DNA of 49,623 bases from a virus (Duplodnaviria; Caudoviricetes): positions 1 through 49,623 of the IMG/VR virus record IMGVR_UViG_3300028585_000031, one strand, 5' to 3'. Below, in pieces: positions 15,834-22,899 of the stretch (position 1 is its first letter; every line of letters begins with the position of its first letter). The position numbers were made by a program, and so were the translations under genes. A model generated the notes under the pieces. It saw nothing but the letters and a program-made list of their open reading frames with translations. It did not search any database and was not told the origin of the DNA.

Positions 15834-16356
15834 AGAGGTTCCCGGTTCAGGATTGCATGCTTGCGGTCGCCGGGCTGATTAACCCCTGCATGGTGTGCGA
15901 GATTATCGGCTGACGATCTTGCGCCGCATGGCTCCCGAAAAGAGCCACCACACCGGAGCGTTTGACGGTTCGGCAGTCACGAGGGCAGCGCTGTGCACAG
16001 CGTCCTACGGGCGGCAACGACGAAACTCGAAAGAGTACGCTCCGGTGTGGTGAATGCGAGCCGCGTAACTTCGGGAAAAGCGGGCGCTGCGCAGGCTGAT
16101 GCGCTACGTGGGTAATTGCTAGGTATCGCAGTACTGCACCGTCTTGACGCTAGAGCACGTAGTGGAATCTCGATAAGCTGCGAATGCGCGGGAAAATCGT
16201 GTTAAGCGCCGTGAAATATCAAGGACAGCAATATGCCGGAGATCAGCACCGGCCACCACAATAAGTTCCTGCTCTGCGCAAGCATCAGGCTAGCAGCCTG
16301 AAAATGTACAGGCATTGAAAGCCCCGGCATCAAGCGATGCGCGGGGCTTTCTCTTT
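15834..16356 (+). ncRNA. large structured non-coding RNA unit of unknown family
   Basis: No credible ORF; bounded by a promoter and terminator; continuous hairpins, a 16-bp perfect stem and GNRA loops. Confidence 0.7.
16046..16260 (+). ncRNA. tRNA-like scaffold with complementary (kissing) loops and a large insert
   Basis: TGTGGTG/CACCACA closing stem; GCGC-AGGCTGAT-GCGC and GCCGG-AGATCAGCA-CCGGC arms; loops GCTGAT and ATCAGC are complementary. Confidence 0.7.
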
Positions 16357-16357
16357 T
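16317..16357. terminator. intrinsic terminator between convergent units (probably bidirectional)
   Basis: GAAAGCCCCG-GCATC-AAGC-GATGC-G-CGGGGCTTTC followed by TCTTTT. Confidence 0.85.
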
Positions 16358-19300
16358 ACTCGTCCTGCTCGGCGAACCGCCCGAGGTCGCGCACATCCTG
16401 GTGCTTCTTGGGCAGGTAGATGCCGCCCTCGGCCTCGTTGATGCGTTGCTGGCGCCGGCGCAGGCTCTGCATCAGCTGGGCCGGCTTGATGCGGCGCGAT
16501 TCATTCTTCTCGTTGAATTTCTCAATGTGCTCGCGGATTTCCTTTTCGCCCTCGGCGTCGCCGGCGCGGCGCGCATTGCCCCACTGCTCGATCAGCGCCT
16601 GGCGACGGTCGTTCAGGCGCCGCTCGGCCTGGTAGACCGCGCCCTTGCCCTCCATCGCCTCGCGCGAGCGCGACGGGCTGAAGCCGATCATCTGGCCGAT
16701 TTCTTCCATCGCGGTGGTGTCGTCGAGGATCGGGATGCCGCTCTTGTCCTGGACGCCGTCGCGCGCGAAGCGCAAGGCCTTGACCGGGTTGCGAAGCGAG
16801 ACCGGCAGCATGTCTTCCAGGCCACGCAGATACTGGCCTTCGGCGATCTTGCCCAGGCCTTTTGTCGCCGATACGCCGATGCCGGCCACCGGGCCCAGCG
16901 CCGCCGTCATCCAGCTTTCCGCCGCGCGCGCGCCTTCCAGCCCTTCCTGGATGTCCGGCAGGATCAGCTTATCCAGCCCGACGCGGCCCGAGATATCGAA
17001 CGGCGTGAGGCGCGAGAAGCCGCGCATCATCACCTCGGCCGGCTTCTGGCCGATCAGGTCCGCGATCAGGTTGCGCAGCGCGATCTTGGCGTCCCATGGC
17101 TCATCGTCGTCGCCACCGATCAGCGAGGCGGCAGCCAGCAGGGTGCTGACCAGCGGCAGGCCTAGCACGCCGGCCGCCATCGCATGCGACAACAGCAGGC
17201 CCGAGATCGTGCGCAGCGCCACCTTGTCGCCCTTGGCCGCCTTTACGGCATTGCGCGACAGGGTATAGATCATGTTCTGGGCGTACTGCTTGAACAGGAA
17301 CACGACACGCGCCACGTTGCCCTGCATGAAGCGAGGGCGATTCGATGCGGCATAGTCGAAGTGCGATGCATAGACCTCTTCGACCGCCGACTTGTAGCCG
17401 GCGGCGTGGTCCATGCCGGCGCCACGTGCCAGTCGGTAGGCCGCAAGCAGGGAAGCCTGCCGGTTGAACTTCTCGCCGTGGTGGAACAGGAACGATGCCC
17501 ACTTCATCACCGGGCGCAGCTTGCCTTGCGCCTTGGTATCGTTGCCGGCGGCAATGCCGGCCAGGTCGTGCGCCATCGATACGTCGATCACGCCAGCCGC
17601 CACCGCTTCCTTGTAGGCGGCCAGTTCGTCGCCGGTCAGCACCTTGCTGATGTCGTTGCCGTTGCCGGCCGCCTGCCGGCTCGCTTCGAGCAGCGCTGCC
17701 GAGGCCTTGCCGAAGCCGTACTTCGCCGACAGCATCGGCAGCGTTACCAGCGGCGTCTGCGACAGGTTGACGGCGGCCGACGCTGGCGACAGGCCGAGAT
17801 AGAACAGGAAGCCCACCGAGGTCAACGTGTTCGACAGCTCGTTGCCTTGCGGGTTCATGTAGGCGTCGTGGCGCTTGTTCATTTCGTCGACCACCTGCTG
17901 GGCGCGCACCGAATCGTAGCCGGCGTCGGTCGCCTTCGTGTCCACGTGGTCCTGCATTTCGTCGAGGAAGTCGGCCAGGCGGTCGCCGTAGCGCAGCTTC
18001 GCCAGGTAGCGCGCGCCGTGGAACATGTTCTGCGCGAATGCGCGCCGTGCATCCTGGCTGAAGCCAGGCGTGCCCTTGCGGTGGATGCCGTGCTTGGTCC
18101 ACGACAGGTCCGGCATGCTGGCCAGGTACAGCTGGTTGATGTCGTCCTGCAGCTCGGCGCTGCCCTCGTATTGGTCGAGCACCCCGAACAGTTCCTGCAT
18201 GAAGCCGCGCGAGACCGCATCGCGGCCGGCGTTGAATTCCTTCTTCTTCGTGATCTTGCTGACCACATGGCCGTCGGCAGCCGGGAATTGTTTAACGAGT
18301 TCCTTGCGCAGCGCCTCGGCCTCGTTCATGGTCTCGGCGAAGTTTACCGACTGGCGCTCGCCGGCGGCGTTGTTCACGGTCACCACGTAGTTGCCGAAGC
18401 GCGCCAGCGGGAAATAGACGCCCTTGACCTTCTCGTAGAACGTCGCGTCCATCTTCTCGAGCAGCGCGGCTCGGCGCGGCGATTCCGGCATGGCGCGCGC
18501 GATGCGGTCGCGGATTTCGGTGCGCACCTGGTTCCAGTGCTTCATGTAGGCGTCGCGCGCCTCCTTGTACAGCGATTGCCCTTCCGGATCCAGCGCATCG
18601 AAGCGGCGGCGCAGCGCCGACCACTCGGCCTTGTTGTCGCCGGCCACATGGTCCTTGCCCGGGTCGATCTGGGCCAAGGTCGAATCGTGCATAAGTTCAG
18701 CCAGCTTGTCGCCGTCCTTGAACTTGCCCCAGCGGTCGGCGATGTCGTCGGCCTCGGCGCCCGATTCGTTCTTGTCGGCGTCCATCTGCTGCACCAGGTC
18801 GCTGTAGCGCGTGAGCAGGGATTGCTTACCGGCGGGTGCGAAGTCGCTTGCGTACAGGTCGACCAGCTGACGCCGGCCCAGGAACTGCAGTCCGATGTTC
18901 CTGAAATCCTTCAGGCGGTTGCCGATCTTCTTCGGGATGTCGGCCAGCGTGGCTTCCTGGATGCCATTGCGCAGCGATCCTTCAAGCCGGTCCGGCATCG
19001 ATGCCCGGATGTCGGCGTTGTTGCGGTCGAAGTTTCCGTTATTGCCAGTAGCGCTCTTGACCTGCTCCGGGCGAAAGGCCACGGCCTCGGTGATGCTGCC
19101 ATCGGCGTCGCGGATGATGATGCCGTCGGCGCGGCTCTTCGAATAGGCCAGCTTCGCCCAGGCGATTGCGCCGCTCAATCCGCCATCCTTGATCTGGGTT
19201 TCCCAGCGGGCGCGGTCCATCAGGTCGTTGATGTCCAGCGGATTTTTGATACTCAGGTAGACCGGATAGATGACGGGATCGGAGCCGCCGCGGCGATTGC

Positions 19301-21866
19301 CGGCCTGTTCGGCGTAGTGATTCGCCATTTTCTGGCTCTGCGTGAAGTAGGCGCCTGGACCGTAGAACTGGCCGGGCCCGTCCACCTTGAATTCGCTGAT
19401 TTCTCCGCTTCCGCTGCCGTGGTACAGGACCACGGGCTGCCCCTGCTCGTTCGTCACCTTGCTCGAGCCGAACCATTCACGGAACGCTTTGGTATTCCAG
19501 ACTGCATTGCCGCGAGCGTCTGCGCCCTGCTCGGCTTGACCCGGCAATGGTCCGCGGGCTTGGTTCTCGGCCATCAAGTCCGGCGCCAGTTCCATGACGC
19601 GCGCCAGCACGTTGTCGCTTGATGGTGCCAGGCCCAGCGCCATGCGCACCAGCCCGACCAGCTTCTGCCACAGCGAGCGCTTCGGGGCGCCCGGTGCCGG
19701 CGTGTCGGCCAACTGCTGGCGGAAGCGCTGGTTCGTCATGGCCTCGGCGACGAATTCTTCCGGATCGGTGATGCCGTACATGCCCTTGAAGCTGTCCATG
19801 CCCTTGACGTGGCCGTGCAGTTCTCGTATGCCGCGCGCTGCCAGCCCGCCGCGCTCTAGCGCGCGCAGACTTGCCGCATGGACTAATTCATGAAGGATGG
19901 ACTGCTCGGCGCCGGCCACCTGGTGCAGGTAGGCGGTGTCGCTCGATCGGCGATAGGACGCATTCGCCGTCTCGGCGCTGCCGCTGGCGTAGGCACCCTG
20001 GCCGCGCTCGAATAGCAGGCCGGTCTTCAGCTGCTGCTGGCGCAGGGCCGTCGCCAGCGCGCGGTGGTCCTTACTGGCCGATCCCGATTCGATCATCGCC
20101 AGCAGAGCGTCGGTGTTGATACCGTCGCGGATGGCGTTGGCGATCTGCGTGTCCATTGGGCTGGTAGCCGCCTCGCCGGCGGCGCGCACATCGGCTTCGC
20201 CCGGTTCGACAATGGGGCGTCCACGCGCATCGACCGGCCCATCTGCATACTGCTGCCAGAACGCTACCTGCCCATCAAAGTCCGGCGCCACCAGTTCGCC
20301 TGCGCTGTTGCGGATCGGGCGGCGCACGCCGTCGACCTCGATCGTGCGCTGGTCCGATATGCTGGCGCGCAGGTCGTCCTTGCCGGTGACGTTAAGGCCC
20401 AGGCGCTCGGCATCCTCGTCGATCTTGCGGTTGGCGTCGCGCTCCATCTGCTGGTATTCCTTCCAGCGCGATTCTGCCTTGATGAGTTCAAGGCGTAGGT
20501 GCGAATTGCCCAGTGGGTTATCCTTGATTTGCTGTCGCAATTCCTTCACGCGCTTATGCGCTGCTGTCTTGTACTCCTTGGCCATCGCCAGCATGCCTTG
20601 ACCTGTGCTTTCGATATCCTTGCGCGCGATCTTCTTGTCTCGCGCTTCTAATGCTGGTGCTTTTGGTTTGGCTTCAGCAGCGGGCGCGGCACGCGCAGCG
20701 ATAAAGTCGGGATAGTTGTCCTTACGCTTCCCTTTTTCGTAGGCGCGCTCCACCGCATATTTTATGTTGGTGACGGAGGCGTCCATTTTCACCCCATATG
20801 CGCCACGCTTGCCGGAAAGCGAAATGGTCGTGTCGTTGACGGCTTCAACGGTAACGCCAGTATTGACCTTGAAGTCGTTGAATATCAGCGTTCCGATCTT
20901 GTCGCCCACCTTCAAGACCATTTCTTTTTCGACTCGGCGCACCTCGGCATTTCCGCGCTGCTCGTCTACTGCCTTGCCTGCGTGGTAGATGTCATAACCT
21001 ACGTCGCCGCCCTCAGTTCCGAGTTCCTTTCGTGCGCGCAGTTCCGCGCTAATGTTCAGATCTTTCTCAACAAACGCTTGCACCTCGTCGGTGTAAAACA
21101 GCCCTGCATCCTTAGCGCGCGCCGCCGAATCCATGACCATCTGTTGGCGCGGCGTCGGCTTGAAGTCTTCGCGCGCGCTGCCGGCCCAGTCCTTGTAAAT
21201 ATCGTCCGGCAGGGTGTAGCCTTCTTGCTCTTCCTGCATTGGTGCTGGCGCTTCTTTTAACGGTGCCGCCTTCGGTTCGGCTGGTTGCGTCGCCTGCTCT
21301 TGCTTGAACTTCTCGGCCAGCTTGATGAACTTTGGCGCTTCCCACTTCACCATCTGCTCGAGCTCGTTGCGCAATTCCTTCTCACCGAAACGCGGGCCGT
21401 TCTTGGCGATGATCGCCTCGCCCACCTCATCGAACAGGGCGCGCGCGCGGGCCTTGTCGGCGCGCTTCTGCTGGGCGGCGGTCTTGGTCGCGGCCTTCGC
21501 TTCCTTCGCCTGCTCGGCTTTGTAGCGGTCCAGATCGCGGTCGATATTTTTGGTGCGGTTCGGGATGTTCAGTTCGCCGTGGTCGAGCGGCTTCGGCTGC
21601 GCCACGGCTGCTGGTGCGGGCTGCGCTTGCGGCGCTGGTGCCGGGCGCGGCCTGCCGCCTGCCGCCTCGTACTGCTGGCGTACCGTGGCGATGATGCTCG
21701 CCTCTTCCATTTCAGCCAGCTGAATCTGGTCTTCGACGGCGCGCTGCATTGCCGCCGCCGGCGCCATACCGCCGGCCTGATAATCGGCGGCGATGCTGCG
21801 CAGGGCGTCGACGGGCACCGAATCGCGCAGGTTCAGGCTGGTCAGGCAGGAATCGAATTTAGACAT
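16356..21866 (-). CDS. large polyvalent (ejection) protein with zincin metallopeptidase, ART-PolyVal ADP-ribosyltransferase and PLxRFG domains
   Basis: ILHELVH...EEFVAE; FREWFG.SKV...YHGS...GAYFT...PVYLSIKNP...EAVAF.P.QVKSATGNNG; YFPLARFG; 1836 aa from ATG 21866. Confidence 0.88.
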   Translation of the reverse strand: MSKFDSCLTSLNLRDSVPVDALRSIAADYQAGGMAPAAAMQRAVEDQIQLAEMEEASIIATVRQQYEAAGGRPRPAPAPQAQPAPAAVAQPKPLDHGELNIPNRTKNIDRDLDRYKAEQAKEAKAATKTAAQQKRADKARARALFDEVGEAIIAKNGPRFGEKELRNELEQMVKWEAPKFIKLAEKFKQEQATQPAEPKAAPLKEAPAPMQEEQEGYTLPDDIYKDWAGSAREDFKPTPRQQMVMDSAARAKDAGLFYTDEVQAFVEKDLNISAELRARKELGTEGGDVGYDIYHAGKAVDEQRGNAEVRRVEKEMVLKVGDKIGTLIFNDFKVNTGVTVEAVNDTTISLSGKRGAYGVKMDASVTNIKYAVERAYEKGKRKDNYPDFIAARAAPAAEAKPKAPALEARDKKIARKDIESTGQGMLAMAKEYKTAAHKRVKELRQQIKDNPLGNSHLRLELIKAESRWKEYQQMERDANRKIDEDAERLGLNVTGKDDLRASISDQRTIEVDGVRRPIRNSAGELVAPDFDGQVAFWQQYADGPVDARGRPIVEPGEADVRAAGEAATSPMDTQIANAIRDGINTDALLAMIESGSASKDHRALATALRQQQLKTGLLFERGQGAYASGSAETANASYRRSSDTAYLHQVAGAEQSILHELVHAASLRALERGGLAARGIRELHGHVKGMDSFKGMYGITDPEEFVAEAMTNQRFRQQLADTPAPGAPKRSLWQKLVGLVRMALGLAPSSDNVLARVMELAPDLMAENQARGPLPGQAEQGADARGNAVWNTKAFREWFGSSKVTNEQGQPVVLYHGSGSGEISEFKVDGPGQFYGPGAYFTQSQKMANHYAEQAGNRRGGSDPVIYPVYLSIKNPLDINDLMDRARWETQIKDGGLSGAIAWAKLAYSKSRADGIIIRDADGSITEAVAFRPEQVKSATGNNGNFDRNNADIRASMPDRLEGSLRNGIQEATLADIPKKIGNRLKDFRNIGLQFLGRRQLVDLYASDFAPAGKQSLLTRYSDLVQQMDADKNESGAEADDIADRWGKFKDGDKLAELMHDSTLAQIDPGKDHVAGDNKAEWSALRRRFDALDPEGQSLYKEARDAYMKHWNQVRTEIRDRIARAMPESPRRAALLEKMDATFYEKVKGVYFPLARFGNYVVTVNNAAGERQSVNFAETMNEAEALRKELVKQFPAADGHVVSKITKKKEFNAGRDAVSRGFMQELFGVLDQYEGSAELQDDINQLYLASMPDLSWTKHGIHRKGTPGFSQDARRAFAQNMFHGARYLAKLRYGDRLADFLDEMQDHVDTKATDAGYDSVRAQQVVDEMNKRHDAYMNPQGNELSNTLTSVGFLFYLGLSPASAAVNLSQTPLVTLPMLSAKYGFGKASAALLEASRQAAGNGNDISKVLTGDELAAYKEAVAAGVIDVSMAHDLAGIAAGNDTKAQGKLRPVMKWASFLFHHGEKFNRQASLLAAYRLARGAGMDHAAGYKSAVEEVYASHFDYAASNRPRFMQGNVARVVFLFKQYAQNMIYTLSRNAVKAAKGDKVALRTISGLLLSHAMAAGVLGLPLVSTLLAAASLIGGDDDEPWDAKIALRNLIADLIGQKPAEVMMRGFSRLTPFDISGRVGLDKLILPDIQEGLEGARAAESWMTAALGPVAGIGVSATKGLGKIAEGQYLRGLEDMLPVSLRNPVKALRFARDGVQDKSGIPILDDTTAMEEIGQMIGFSPSRSREAMEGKGAVYQAERRLNDRRQALIEQWGNARRAGDAEGEKEIREHIEKFNEKNESRRIKPAQLMQSLRRRQQRINEAEGGIYLPKKHQDVRDLGRFAEQDE

Positions 21867-22269
21867 GCAGGGCAAGCTCCATCAGGAAGGTGAGCACGAT
21901 TTCTTCGTCGTCGAATTCAGCCGCGGCGGCTGCATCTTCTTGCTCGTAGGAATGACGCCTATCATACCCGTCGCGCTCCGGTTTAGGCGGTGATTTCTTG
22001 CCGCCGCCATAGACCGGGCTCGGCAAGATGAGGGTGACCGGCACCAGTCGCGGCGCTAAGAAGAATCGGTCATCGACCAGCGGCGGGGCGAAGTAGGCGA
22101 TCTCGCCGCTGGCCATGACCGGCGCCGCCGTCAGGCTCGGTACGTGTTCCGGTGCAAGATAGGGTAGACCACCGATGGTGGTTGGCGCCAGGTATAGCGC
22201 ATCCGGGCTGGCGCTGCTCGGCGTGGCCAGTGGCGCCGCCCATGGCGTCAGGAACGGGGCGGCTGCCAC
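21859..22269 (-). CDS. Pro-rich putative virion protein
   Basis: Repeated [YF][LF]AP motifs; C-terminal DDEEIVLTFL; coupled to neighbours. Confidence 0.65.
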   Translation of the reverse strand: MAAAPFLTPWAAPLATPSSASPDALYLAPTTIGGLPYLAPEHVPSLTAAPVMASGEIAYFAPPLVDDRFFLAPRLVPVTLILPSPVYGGGKKSPPKPERDGYDRRHSYEQEDAAAAAEFDDEEIVLTFLMELALHV

Positions 22270-22899
22270 TTACAACACCGCCACGCGGCCGAGGAAGTGG
22301 CGACCATCCGGCGCCAGCACCGACAGTAGGCCGACGCCGCCGGCCGCGATCAAGTTGCCGTCGACGGTGAACGACAGGCGCCCGCTGGCATCGGTCGTGC
22401 CGCTTGCCGACTGATAGATTGCCGTACCGGTGGCATGAGGCCCGATGGCGACGTGGAACGACACCATCAGGTCGGTCAGGTTGGCGGCCGGCCCATAGGC
22501 CTCGCCCATGACCAGGCTGACCAGGCGCGTGATTGGTTGAGGGCTGCCGCCATCCTTGGCGCGCACCGTGAACGATGCACTGCCGTACTTGGTCGGGTCT
22601 TGCAGGCTTGTGGCGGTGACGATGCCGGTCTGTGCGCCGTCCAGTGCGACCGGCGCCGCCAGCAGGCCGGCCGCATTGATAGTGCCGATGGTGCTGCTCC
22701 AGGTGACCGCCTGCGCCGGGCCATTGGTGCCGGTAACGAGCGCCGAGAACTGGAGTGCAGCCGCGCCATCGATGATTGACCCTTGCGGGGTGACGGTAAC
22801 GGCTGTGATGATCGGCGAAGGTGTTGCCCCGCCATCCGGAGTCGAGCTCGAGAAGATGGCGGCATCGCCGGCGCGCTGGGGGGCAAAGAACGCGTCCAT
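22270..22899 (-). CDS. Ig-like (Big_2-type) domain virion accessory protein (209 aa)
   Basis: VTVTP...LQFSA.V......VTWSS..GTI..AGL...VTATS.QDPTK.GSA..TV; ATG 22899 coupled to the upstream stop (TAATG). Confidence 0.8.
   Translation of the reverse strand: MDAFFAPQRAGDAAIFSSSTPDGGATPSPIITAVTVTPQGSIIDGAAALQFSALVTGTNGPAQAVTWSSTIGTINAAGLLAAPVALDGAQTGIVTATSLQDPTKYGSASFTVRAKDGGSPQPITRLVSLVMGEAYGPAANLTDLMVSFHVAIGPHATGTAIYQSASGTTDASGRLSFTVDGNLIAAGGVGLLSVLAPDGRHFLGRVAVL

Noticed and set aside
16046-16260. Canonical or intron-containing tRNA gene
   Set aside because: No GTTC T-loop, no 7-nt anticodon loop, no CCA; kept only as tRNA-like
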